A stretch of DNA of 64,000 bases from positions 2,176,001-2,240,000 of the forward strand of contig CAVZZO010000001.1 of the NCBI GenBank assembly GCA_963779755.1. Reading direction: 5' to 3'. The notes beneath the pieces are model-generated. The model was not told where the DNA came from and searched no databases. It saw only the letters and a list, made by a program, of their open reading frames with translations. This document shows, one piece after another, positions 10,129 through 19,346 of the stretch. Both the position numbers and the translations under genes were made by a program. Source of the stretch: an uncultured Gemmatimonadales bacterium. Its GTDB lineage: Bacteria > Gemmatimonadota > Gemmatimonadetes > Gemmatimonadales > GWC2-71-9. Position 1 is the stretch's first letter; each line of letters begins with the position of its first letter.

Positions 10129-11064
10129 TCAGCGTTCCGGGAGGCCCGGCACGTCGGGAGCCGGCGCGCGTCCGGGCCAGGGGAGCACCCGCGCGCCCAG
10201 CGCGGCGCCCACGGCCAGGACCGGAAGCACCTGCACCGCCTGCAGCAGCAGCCCCGCGCCGACGGCAAGCGCCGGGGTTACCCCGAAGGGGAGCAGGCCC
10301 AGGACCATGGCGCCCTGCAGCACGCCGACATTGGCGGGCGTCAACCGGAGCAGCCCGCCCAGATTGGAGAAGATCAGAGCAGCAAGCGCTCCCGGAACGG
10401 GCGCAGCGAGATGCGCGGCCTGGATGACGGCGGCATAGGAGCCCCATTGCAGCAGCCAGTTCAGCAACGCCAGCAGGAAGGGCGCGGGCAACCGGCGGGG
10501 TGACAGCGCCAGAGCGGCCAGGCCGCGCGCGAGTCGTGCCGGCAGGTAGCGTCGCAGCGGGCCCAGAGCCGCGGCGAGCGCCGCTACCAGGAGCAGCAGG
10601 ATGAGCACGCCGGTGCGCAGCCCGTCGGGCAGGCCGGGTGGCAGGGGCGTAAGCGCGAAGAAGGCAGGGAGCAGGGGGAGGAGCGCCAGCGCTTCGACGC
10701 CGCGGAGCTGGAGGAGCGGCGCCAGCCCGGGCAGCATGGTCCGGCCATCCTCGCGGGCCAGCCAGTGCAGCCGAACCGCCTCGCCGCTCACCGAAATGGT
10801 GATGGCGCTTGCGGCGGCGCCGACCAGCGTGGCCGCCACCGCCCCACGCCAGCGCGGCCGCGCCTCCCGGGGAAAGAGGCTCCACCAGGCCCAGCCCTTG
10901 GCGGCCAGCGATGCCAGGTTGAGCAGGGCCGCGAGGGCGAGCAACGACAGACTGGCCGAGGCCAGCACGGCCGCGGTGCTGGACCAGGGAAACCGTATCA
11001 GCACCCAGACGGCCAGCACCGCGGCCCCGATACCGAGGACCGGCTTCAGGCGGCGGAGCTGCAT
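10129..11064 (-). CDS. Lysylphosphatidylglycerol synthase TM / flippase-like (UPF0104) membrane protein
   Basis: Multi-TM; SGEAVR and TPANVGVLQ motifs typical of LPG_synthase_TM. Confidence 0.8.
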   Translation of the reverse strand: MQLRRLKPVLGIGAAVLAVWVLIRFPWSSTAAVLASASLSLLALAALLNLASLAAKGWAWWSLFPREARPRWRGAVAATLVGAAASAITISVSGEAVRLHWLAREDGRTMLPGLAPLLQLRGVEALALLPLLPAFFALTPLPPGLPDGLRTGVLILLLLVAALAAALGPLRRYLPARLARGLAALALSPRRLPAPFLLALLNWLLQWGSYAAVIQAAHLAAPVPGALAALIFSNLGGLLRLTPANVGVLQGAMVLGLLPFGVTPALAVGAGLLLQAVQVLPVLAVGAALGARVLPWPGRAPAPDVPGLPER

Positions 11065-11759
11065 GGCAGCAGCTGCTCCAGTCGGCCGAAGGAATAGCCG
11101 GCGTCGCGCGCGTCGGCGATGATGCCGGGCAGCGCCTGGGCGGTTTGCAGCCGGTCGCCCTGCAGGTCGTAGCCGTCGCCATCGTGCAGCAGGATGATGG
11201 CGCCGGGCGCCAGATGCCGGCGCACCCGCTCGCGAATGACGGCGGCGCCCGGCCGCGCGGAATCCCACACTCCGAAACTCCACCCGACGGTGTGGAGGCC
11301 CAGCCGGGCGGCGGCCTGTCCCACCCAGGGATTCCGGTAGCCGTGCGGTGCGCGGAACAGCCGCGGCCGCTGGCCGGTCGCGATGCCGATGATCTCGCTG
11401 GTGCGCGCCAGCTCGTCGCGAATCCGCCTCGGCGGCTGGAAGTGCAGCTTCCGGTGCGACCAGGTGTGGTTGCCGATGACATGGCCGGCGGAGGCTACCT
11501 GGCGCGCCACGGCGGGCAGCCGCTCGACAAAACCTCCCACCATGAAGAAGACGGCCGGTACGCGCTCCCGCTCCAGGACGTCGAGCACGGCGGCGGTGGC
11601 CTGGGGGTTGGGGCCGTCGTCGAAGGTGAGAAAGACGGTGGGGTGGCGCGGCCCCCGGCTGATCACCGGGCCGAAGAGTCGGCTCCGCGGATTGTACGCG
11701 CCCCAGGCCATGGCCCCCGCCGTGGCGGCGGCTCCGCCCAGTCCGGGAACCCAGAACAC
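11046..11759 (-). CDS. Polysaccharide deacetylase (NodB/CE4)
   Basis: LTFDDGP, GNHTWSH, FRAPHG, IILLHD. Confidence 0.93.
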   Translation of the reverse strand: MFWVPGLGGAAATAGAMAWGAYNPRSRLFGPVISRGPRHPTVFLTFDDGPNPQATAAVLDVLERERVPAVFFMVGGFVERLPAVARQVASAGHVIGNHTWSHRKLHFQPPRRIRDELARTSEIIGIATGQRPRLFRAPHGYRNPWVGQAAARLGLHTVGWSFGVWDSARPGAAVIRERVRRHLAPGAIILLHDGDGYDLQGDRLQTAQALPGIIADARDAGYSFGRLEQLLPCSSAA

Positions 11760-11762
11760 GGC

Positions 11763-12866
11763 TCAGCGCACCCGCTGGTAGACCCGCAACACCCGGTCGG
11801 TGATGTGGGGCCAGCCGTAGTCCAGCGCCTTCGCGCGTCCGGCGCGCCCCATGTCGGCGCGGCGGGACGTATCGCCTAACAGCTCGAGGATCGTTTGCGC
11901 CCAGCACTCCGGCCGTCCGGGCGGAACCAGCGCCGCTTCCCGCCCGTGGTTCACCAGCTCCCGGAATCCCGTGATATCGGAGACGATCATCGGCGTGGCG
12001 CAGGCCATGGACTCGAGCAGCGTGATCCCGAAGGAGGCTTTGGTGGTCGGGCAGAGATAAAGATCGGCTGAAGCATAATGCTTCGGACGCTCCCCGTTGA
12101 CCCGCCCCACAAAATCGACGCTCGCGGCCACCGGCCGGGCCAGCCGCTCGTAGACCCCGCGGAGCGGCCCATCGCCCGCCACGGTGAGCCGCGCGCCGGG
12201 ATGCACCTGGAGCACCCGGGGCAGCGCCCGGAGGACGGTGTCGAGCCCATTGCGGGGGTCGAGCCGTCCCAGGAACAGCAGCCGGGGGCCCGGCGCCTGC
12301 GCCGGGCGGCTCCCGGCCGCCGGGTGAAAGACGGTGGTATCAATGCCGTTCGGGATCACCTCCCAGTCGGCCCGGAAGTAGCGGCCGTGCGCCGCCACCA
12401 CCGGCTGGCTGACGGCAATGACCGCGGCGTGCCGGTCCAGTCGTTCTTGCAGCGGGCGGCGGAAGACGCGGTACAGAGCGGAACGGGGGAACCAGGAATG
12501 GAAGGTGGCCACCACCGGCAGATCGAGGCGATGGGCGGCGGTCGCCGCCACCAGCCCGAAGGTAGGGGCCAGGCCGCCGTGGATGTGGAGGACCTCCAGC
12601 CGCTCTCGCCGGAAGAGGTCCTCCAGCCGCTCGGTGAGCCGCCAGCCGGTGGTGACCCGGGCAAAGGATCCGCTGCTGTAGATGACCCGGCTGGTACCGA
12701 CCCGGCGAACGAAATGAGGATCGGGATGATCCAGCCCCTGCATGACCGAGGTGATCACCACCGGGTCGTGTCCCCGCCGCTCCAGTTCGATCGCCAGGTT
12801 GTGAACGTGCTCGGTGACCCCGCCCAGGTGGGGATAATAGAACTCCGTGACCAGCCCGATGCGCAT
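11763..12866 (-). CDS. Glycosyltransferase family 4 (PimA-like)
   Basis: YYPHLGGVTEHV, IPNGID, FLGRLDPRNG, SFGITLLESMA. Confidence 0.92.
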   Translation of the reverse strand: MRIGLVTEFYYPHLGGVTEHVHNLAIELERRGHDPVVITSVMQGLDHPDPHFVRRVGTSRVIYSSGSFARVTTGWRLTERLEDLFRRERLEVLHIHGGLAPTFGLVAATAAHRLDLPVVATFHSWFPRSALYRVFRRPLQERLDRHAAVIAVSQPVVAAHGRYFRADWEVIPNGIDTTVFHPAAGSRPAQAPGPRLLFLGRLDPRNGLDTVLRALPRVLQVHPGARLTVAGDGPLRGVYERLARPVAASVDFVGRVNGERPKHYASADLYLCPTTKASFGITLLESMACATPMIVSDITGFRELVNHGREAALVPPGRPECWAQTILELLGDTSRRADMGRAGRAKALDYGWPHITDRVLRVYQRVR

Positions 12867-13275
12867 ACGAGGCCTACCGGTTGAGAACGCCTCCCGTTGG
12901 GCAAGATGACAGCCAGGAGCCTGGGCCCCTCCCGCACAGAGCCAAGGCGGGCAGAGCCAACGACATAGGATGCAGGGAGAACCTCAATCTTCATGCACCG
13001 GGGACAAAATGGCCAGGCAGTAATGGTACGCTTCCTGGCCCATAGGAGCCAAAGTGTCCCGGAATCGTCGCTTCTGCCGCCGCGCTACGCCAGTGGCAGG
13101 ATCCGGTTCTCGGGTATCTCGAAGGTGCGGGTGCCGTCGATGCAGGTCTTGTTGTCCTGAAAATGAGCCCGACCAGGCTGGTGGTTCCATTGGGGAGGCG
13201 ACGGCCCGGGACGTGCCGGGAATGACGCGCTCCGGCAGCCATTGCCTATCTCCTTGGCTCCTGCGAATTTCCAGC

Positions 13276-14307
13276 ATGACATGGGATGCGCTGCTGACCG
13301 ACCTCAAATCCGGGAAGGCCGCGGCCTTGGCGCGCGCGATTTCGATCGTGGAGAACGAGCGCCCCGGGTTCGAACAACTGCTGACGGAGTTGCATCCCTC
13401 CCTTGGCCGGGCCTGGCGGATCGGCCTGACCGGCCCTCCAGGCGCCGGGAAATCCACCCTCACTGAAGAACTGGTCCGCGCCTACCGCGCCCAGGGCCGC
13501 ACCGTGGCGGTGGTGGCGGTCGATCCCACCAGCCCGTTCACCGGCGGCGCCCTGCTGGGCGACCGGATCCGGATGGAGTCGGTGGCCCTGGATGATGGCG
13601 TGTTCATCCGCTCCATGGCGACCCGGGGATCGCTGGGAGGGCTGGCGATGAGTACGCGCGAGGTCTGCGATGTGCTCGATGCGGCCGGCTTCGACCGCCT
13701 GCTGATCGAAACGGTCGGCGTGGGGCAGTCGGAGCTGGATGTCACCCGGATGGCCGATACCACCCTGCTGGCGCTGGTGCCCGAGTCCGGCGACGGCATT
13801 CAGGTGCTCAAGGCCGGCGTGATCGAAGCCGCCGATCTGTTCGTGGTGAACAAGGCCGACCGCCCCGGCGCCGACCGCATGCGGCACGAGCTGGAGGTGA
13901 TGCTGGGCTTACGGCATGGCCGCACGCTCCGGAACGTGCCGGCCCACCATGGGGCGTTGCGCTCCGGCCCGGCGCCGGAGGCGCCGGAAAGCGACGGTGG
14001 CTGGTCACCCGAGGTGCTCACCACCGTTGCGGTGAAGAGCGAGGGTACGCCGGAGCTGATGGCGGCGCTGGAGCGGCACCGGCAATGGCTGGAAACCACC
14101 GGCGAGCTGGCCGAACGCCGCCGCCGCCGTCTGCGGGAACGCACACGAGAGGTCGTCAACCGGGCCGCCCGGCAGTGGATCTGGGACGAAACCCAGGCCG
14201 ACCAGATGATCGAAGAACGGCTCGATGCCGTGCTGGCCGGCCGGCTGAGTCCCTACGAGGTGGCGGGGCTGGTCCTGGAGAGCCTGAAACAGGGAGCGCG
14301 GGTATGA
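13276..14307 (+). CDS. meaB: Acyl-CoA mutase-associated GTPase MeaB
   Basis: [40 protein letters not shown]. Confidence 0.95.
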   Translation: MTWDALLTDLKSGKAAALARAISIVENERPGFEQLLTELHPSLGRAWRIGLTGPPGAGKSTLTEELVRAYRAQGRTVAVVAVDPTSPFTGGALLGDRIRMESVALDDGVFIRSMATRGSLGGLAMSTREVCDVLDAAGFDRLLIETVGVGQSELDVTRMADTTLLALVPESGDGIQVLKAGVIEAADLFVVNKADRPGADRMRHELEVMLGLRHGRTLRNVPAHHGALRSGPAPEAPESDGGWSPEVLTTVAVKSEGTPELMAALERHRQWLETTGELAERRRRRLRERTREVVNRAARQWIWDETQADQMIEERLDAVLAGRLSPYEVAGLVLESLKQGARV

Positions 14308-16010
14308 GTGATCAGGACGCCGCGGCCGCCGGACTGCACCGCCGGGTGGCCGAACAGGAACGCGAGCTGGCCGAGCTCCGCCGCGAGGTGGAGCGGTGGC
14401 GGGCGCTGGCCGCGAACGCGCCGCTGCGCGATACCGCCTTTGCGACGGTGAGCGGACGTGAGGTCGAACCGGTGTATACGCCGCTCGACCTGCGTCCCGA
14501 TCTCATCGAGGCCAGCGGCCTGCCGGGAGCCTTTCCCTATACCCGCGGGATCCATCCCACCATGTATCGCGGGCGGCTCTGGACCATGCGGCAGTTCGCC
14601 GGGTTCGGAACGGCCGAGGACACCAACCGGCGCTACAAGTTTCTGCTGTCGCGGGGGCAGACCGGCCTGTCGGTGGCGTTCGATTTCCCCACGCTGATGG
14701 GCTACGACTCCGACCACCCGCGCAGCGAGGGCGAGGTCGGCAAGTGCGGCGTCGCCATCTCCAGCCTGGCGGACATGGAAACGCTGTTCGACGGCATCCC
14801 GCTGGACCGGGTCTCCACCTCGATGACCATCAACGGCCCGGCGCCGATGCTCTTCTGTTTCTACGTGGCGGCGGCCGAGAAACAGGGGGTGGCGCCCGCA
14901 CAGCTGCAGGGCACGGTCCAGAACGACATGCTGAAGGAGTACATGGCCCAGCATGCCTGGATCTTCCCGGTGGAGCCGGCGCTCAAGGTCATCGTCGACA
15001 TGTTCGAGTGGGCGTCGGAGCACACCCCGAAGTGGAACACCATCTCCATTTCCGGCTATCACATCCGCGAGGCGGGCGCCACCGCGGCCCAGGAGCTGGC
15101 CTTCACCCTGGCGAACGGCTTCTCCTATGTGGAGCACGGCATCGCCCGCGGGCTGGACGTCGATGCCTTCGCGCCCCGGCTCTCGTTCTTCTGGGACGTG
15201 CACAACGATTTCTTCGAAGAGATCGCCAAGATGCGGGCCGCGCGGCGGATCTGGGCCCGCAGCATGCGCGAGAAGTACGGGGCGACCAATCCGCGCAGCT
15301 GGGCCATGCGCTTCCACTGCCAGACGGCGGGGGTGACGCTGACGGCGCAGCAGCCGCTCAACAACATCGTGCGGGTCGCCTACCAGGCCATGGCGGCCGT
15401 GATGGGCGGCACCCAGTCGCTCCATACCAATGCCCTGGACGAGACGCTGGCCCTGCCCACCGAAGAGGCGGTCCGGGTGGCGCTCCGCACCCAGCAGATC
15501 CTCGCGTGGGAGACCGGGGTACCCAACGTGGCCGACCCGCTGGGCGGGTCTTATTACGTCGAGGCCCTGACCGACCAGCTGGAGCGCGAGGCGGCGGGGC
15601 TGTTCGCGGAGATCGAGGCGCAGGGCGGGGTCGTGCCGGCCATCGAGAAGGGCTGGTTCCAGCGCCAGATCGCGGCCTCGGCCGCCTCCTTCCAGCGGGA
15701 GGTGGAATCGGGGCGGCGTACCATCGTGGGTGTCAACGAATACGTGGAGACGGCGGAATCGCCGGTCGAGGTGCTCCGGATCGGCGAAGAGGCCGAGCGC
15801 ACCCAGCGCGAGCGGATGGCGCGGTTGCGCGCCACGCGCGATACGGCTCTGGTGGAGCAACGGCTGGCGGCGCTGGCGGAGGCGGCGCGGGAAGACCGGA
15901 ACGTGATGCCGGCCATGCTCGACTGCGCCCGCGCCTACTGTACCCTGTATGAAATCCGGCACGTGCTGGAGCGCATCTTCGGCACCTATCGCGAGCCGGT
16001 ATTCTTCTGA
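14304..16010 (+). CDS. B12-dependent acyl-CoA mutase large subunit (methylmalonyl-CoA mutase family; isobutyryl-CoA mutase-type residues)
   Basis: [52 protein letters not shown]. Confidence 0.93.
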   Translation: MSDQDAAAAGLHRRVAEQERELAELRREVERWRALAANAPLRDTAFATVSGREVEPVYTPLDLRPDLIEASGLPGAFPYTRGIHPTMYRGRLWTMRQFAGFGTAEDTNRRYKFLLSRGQTGLSVAFDFPTLMGYDSDHPRSEGEVGKCGVAISSLADMETLFDGIPLDRVSTSMTINGPAPMLFCFYVAAAEKQGVAPAQLQGTVQNDMLKEYMAQHAWIFPVEPALKVIVDMFEWASEHTPKWNTISISGYHIREAGATAAQELAFTLANGFSYVEHGIARGLDVDAFAPRLSFFWDVHNDFFEEIAKMRAARRIWARSMREKYGATNPRSWAMRFHCQTAGVTLTAQQPLNNIVRVAYQAMAAVMGGTQSLHTNALDETLALPTEEAVRVALRTQQILAWETGVPNVADPLGGSYYVEALTDQLEREAAGLFAEIEAQGGVVPAIEKGWFQRQIAASAASFQREVESGRRTIVGVNEYVETAESPVEVLRIGEEAERTQRERMARLRATRDTALVEQRLAALAEAAREDRNVMPAMLDCARAYCTLYEIRHVLERIFGTYREPVFF

Positions 16011-17239
16011 TGATCTCGCCGGGACGGGTCCGGCCGGGGCGCCGCGTGCGCCCGGCCGGAGCGCCGGCGATGACGGGATGGCACATGAACCAGCCAGACA
16101 TCTCGGGCCAGCTGGAGCGGCTGACGCAGGTCCGGGCCGACAGCCACCGCGTAGTCACCTGCTATCTCAAGCTGGAGCCGCGTGACCGCGCCCGCGGGAA
16201 ATATCTCATCAAGCTCAAGAACCGGGTCCGGGCGGTCGAAGGGGCCCTGGAGGAGCTGGAGCTGCCGCGCGACGTCCGCGAAGCGGTCAAGCACGACTGC
16301 CAGCGAATCCTCGATTATCTGGGCGCGCCGGGGAACCTCCCCGCCACCCAGGGACTGGCGGTGTTCGCCTGCACTCCGCTCAAGCTGTTCGAAGCGCTGC
16401 CGCTCCCCGGAGTCTATCGTTCCCGGCTCACGGTCGACCGCACCCCGCTGGTGCGCGAGCTGGCGGCCGTGCTGGACGAATTCGGCCGCCTGATCACCGC
16501 CGTGGTCGACCGCACCAGCGCCCGCTTTTTCGAGGTCACCGCCTATGACTGCCGGGAGCTGGACAGTCTGCGGGCCGATTTCACCCGTGGGGGGAGGTAT
16601 TACGGCGAGCGTCAGGGGTTCTTCGGCCGCAGCGAGCACGATTATCACAGCCGGATCCGCGAAGAAAAGCGGCGGCACTACGCCAACGTGGCGCAGCAAC
16701 TGTTCGAGCTGACCCAGCGCGAGCCGGCGCACGGCGTGGTGCTGGCCGGGCCCGGATCCGAGGCGGGGGCGGTGGAGCCGTATCTGCATCCCTACCTGGC
16801 CGAGCGGCTGATGGGAACGGTGCGGCTCAATCCGAAGGACCTGAGTGCGCAGGCGGTGCACACCGCCACCCTGGAGGTTCGCCACGACTGGGAACGGCGC
16901 GCCGAGCGCGACCTGGTCGGCCGGATGCAGGAAGGACTGGGAAGCGGTTGGGCGGTCAACGGCCTCGGCCCGGCCCTGCGCGCCCTGGGGCGCGGCCAGG
17001 TACGCACCCTGCTGGTGGCGGCGGACGCCGCGCAGCCCGGCTTCCGGTGCGCCGATACCGGGCGGCTGGTGCTGGGGCCGCGTGATTGCCGGGGTGAAGG
17101 CGAATCGGTGCCGGTCCTCGACGTGGTCGACGAGGCCATCGAAGAGGCACTGCGGCAGCAGGTGGGAGTCAACGTGGTCTATGATGATCAGGCCGCCGGC
17201 CAGATCGACGGGCTGGCCGGCCTGCTCCGTTTCCGGTAA
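16010..17239 (+). CDS. Bacterial aeRF1/Pelota-like protein (baeRF family); start may be 16070 or 16085
   Basis: [37 protein letters not shown]7Ae-like C-terminus (GQVRTLLV...[11 protein letters not shown]...GLAGLLRF). Confidence 0.8.
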   Translation: MISPGRVRPGRRVRPAGAPAMTGWHMNQPDISGQLERLTQVRADSHRVVTCYLKLEPRDRARGKYLIKLKNRVRAVEGALEELELPRDVREAVKHDCQRILDYLGAPGNLPATQGLAVFACTPLKLFEALPLPGVYRSRLTVDRTPLVRELAAVLDEFGRLITAVVDRTSARFFEVTAYDCRELDSLRADFTRGGRYYGERQGFFGRSEHDYHSRIREEKRRHYANVAQQLFELTQREPAHGVVLAGPGSEAGAVEPYLHPYLAERLMGTVRLNPKDLSAQAVHTATLEVRHDWERRAERDLVGRMQEGLGSGWAVNGLGPALRALGRGQVRTLLVAADAAQPGFRCADTGRLVLGPRDCRGEGESVPVLDVVDEAIEEALRQQVGVNVVYDDQAAGQIDGLAGLLRFR

Positions 17240-17261
17240 GCCGTCAAGGAGATTGCCCCGC

Positions 17262-17690
17262 ATGCCGTCTTCCGTTCATACCCCTTCCCGGCCCATCCGG
17301 GTGCTGGTCGCCAAACCCGGGCTGGACGGTCACGACCGTGGCGCGAAGGTCGTGGCCGCCGCGCTGCGCGATGCGGGCATGGAGGTGATCTACACCGGCC
17401 TGCATCAGACGCCCGAGATGATCGCCCGCGCGGCCGTTCAGGAGGATGTCGATGTGGTCGGGCTCTCGATTCTGAGCGGGGCGCACATGACGCTCTTTCC
17501 CCGCGTCCGCGCGCTCCTGGTCGAGCAGGGTCGGCCCGACATCCTGGTGACCGGGGGCGGCATCATCCCCGACGAAGATCGCCAGGCGCTGGAAGCGAAG
17601 GGCATCGGACGGCTGTTCGGCCCCGGCACGCCCACGGCGGATCTGATCAGCTATATCCGGTCCTGGGCCGCCGACCATCTCGACCGGTGA
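17262..17690 (+). CDS. Cobalamin-binding small subunit of acyl-CoA mutase
   Basis: [12 protein letters not shown] (DxHxxG), [15 protein letters not shown]. Confidence 0.95.
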   Translation: MPSSVHTPSRPIRVLVAKPGLDGHDRGAKVVAAALRDAGMEVIYTGLHQTPEMIARAAVQEDVDVVGLSILSGAHMTLFPRVRALLVEQGRPDILVTGGGIIPDEDRQALEAKGIGRLFGPGTPTADLISYIRSWAADHLDR

Positions 17691-17694
17691 GCCT

Positions 17695-19341
17695 GTGACC
17701 GCCTCGCCGACTGCTTCCCGTCCCGGCCGCCTGAAATCGCTGACCCGCGAATACCAGGCCCTGGCCGAACGCCTGCGCCAGGGCGGCGGCCCCCGGCGGA
17801 TCCAGAAAATGCACGACCAGGGCAAGCTGTCGCCCCGCGAGCGGGTCGAGCAGCTGCTGGATCCCGGCGCGCCCTGGTTCGAAGTCGGCCTGCTCATGGC
17901 GTACGACCAGTACGAGGGGCAAGCCCCCGGCGCCGGCGTCATTACCGGCGTGGGCCTGGTGGAAGGCCGCGAAGTGGTGGTGGTGGCCAACGACGCCACG
18001 GTCAAGGCGGGGGCCTGGTGGCCCGAGACCATCCGCAAGATGCTGCGGGCGCAGGAAATCGCCATGCGGCAGCGGATTCCCATCATCTACCTCGTCGATT
18101 CGGCCGGCGTGAACCTGCCCTACCAGGGCGGCGTCTTTCCCGGCCAGTACGGCGCGGCGCGGCTCTTTTACTACAACTCGATCATGCGCCGCTACCTTCA
18201 CGTCCCCCAGATCTCCGCGGTCATGGGATCCTGCGTGGCGGGGGGGGCGTATCTGCCGGCGCTCTCCGACGTGATCTTCATGGTGGAGGGCACCAGCTTC
18301 ATGGGCCTGGGCGGCCCCAACCTGGTGAAGGGCGCCACGGGCCAGAGCGTGGAGGCCGAGTTCCTGGGCGGCGCCCGGACCCACACCGAGATCAGCGGGG
18401 TGGCCCACTACCGCGCGGCGAACGATCGCGACTGCCTGGCGCAGATCCGCTCCTACATCGCCCGGCTGCCGCGGTACGAGGGCATCGCGGCGCACCTGTC
18501 GGAGCCCCGGCCGCCCGCCCGCCCGCCGGAGGAGTTGTATGCCCTGCTGCCGCAGGATCATCGCATGTCCTACGACATGCACCGGGTGCTGGCCTGCCTG
18601 CTGGACGGCGGCGAGCTGGAAGAGTTCCAGCCCGGGATGGCGGGCGAGCTGCTCTGCGGCCATGCGCGGATCGAGGGCCGGCCCGTGGCGGTGCTGGCCA
18701 ACCAGCGGGGGCTGATCAAGGGGCGCGAGGGCGAACGCCCCCGCACCGGCGGCATCATCTACACCGGGAGCGCGGAGAAGGCCGCCTTCTTTATCGACAC
18801 CGCCAGCCGCGAGCGGATTCCACTGCTCTTCGTCCAGGATGTGAGCGGGTTCATGGTCGGCCCCGAGGCCGAGCATGCGGGCATCATCCGGGCCGGCGCA
18901 CGCTTCGTGGAGGCCATGTCGACCGCCGTGGTGCCCAAGCTGGTGCTCACCGTGAACCACGCCTCGGGCGCGGGCTACTATGCCATGGCGGGGCAGGGGT
19001 TCGATCCCGATTTCATCCTGAGCTGGCCCACCGGGCGGATGGCGGTGATGGAAGGCGAATCGGCCGTCGGGGCGGTGCACGGACCCGAGCTCGCCCGGGC
19101 GCGCCAGTCCGGCCAGGCGGTCCCGCCCGAGGTGCAGGAGTCGGTCGTGTCCATGCGCGCGGATTACGAGCACCAGCTGGATGCCAAATATGCCGCCGCC
19201 CGCGGCTTCGTGGATGCCATCGTCACGCCGGAAGAGACCCGCCGGCTGCTCGATCTGCTGCTCCGGGTCACCGCGAGCTATGCCGGGCCGCACATCGGTC
19301 CCTTTGTCCTTCCGCCGCTCGACGCGGCGGTCACCCGCTGA
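17695..19341 (+). CDS. Acyl-CoA carboxylase carboxyltransferase subunit (MCC-beta-like)
   Basis: GKLSPRERV, ANDATVKAG, LVDSAG, GSCVAGGAY, GGPNLVKGATG. Confidence 0.92.
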   Translation: MTASPTASRPGRLKSLTREYQALAERLRQGGGPRRIQKMHDQGKLSPRERVEQLLDPGAPWFEVGLLMAYDQYEGQAPGAGVITGVGLVEGREVVVVANDATVKAGAWWPETIRKMLRAQEIAMRQRIPIIYLVDSAGVNLPYQGGVFPGQYGAARLFYYNSIMRRYLHVPQISAVMGSCVAGGAYLPALSDVIFMVEGTSFMGLGGPNLVKGATGQSVEAEFLGGARTHTEISGVAHYRAANDRDCLAQIRSYIARLPRYEGIAAHLSEPRPPARPPEELYALLPQDHRMSYDMHRVLACLLDGGELEEFQPGMAGELLCGHARIEGRPVAVLANQRGLIKGREGERPRTGGIIYTGSAEKAAFFIDTASRERIPLLFVQDVSGFMVGPEAEHAGIIRAGARFVEAMSTAVVPKLVLTVNHASGAGYYAMAGQGFDPDFILSWPTGRMAVMEGESAVGAVHGPELARARQSGQAVPPEVQESVVSMRADYEHQLDAKYAAARGFVDAIVTPEETRRLLDLLLRVTASYAGPHIGPFVLPPLDAAVTR

Positions 19342-19346
19342 TTCGC

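Noticed and set aside
12870..13275. Cobalamin riboswitch upstream of the meaB-mutase operon
   Set aside because: Only a partial AGCCAGGAG match; the GGGAA, GCCACUG and B12-box elements are not in the right order or strand
14304..16010. Calling the mutase methylmalonyl-CoA mutase (mutA/scpA)
   Set aside because: The carboxylate-binding Tyr and Arg are replaced by Phe and Gln
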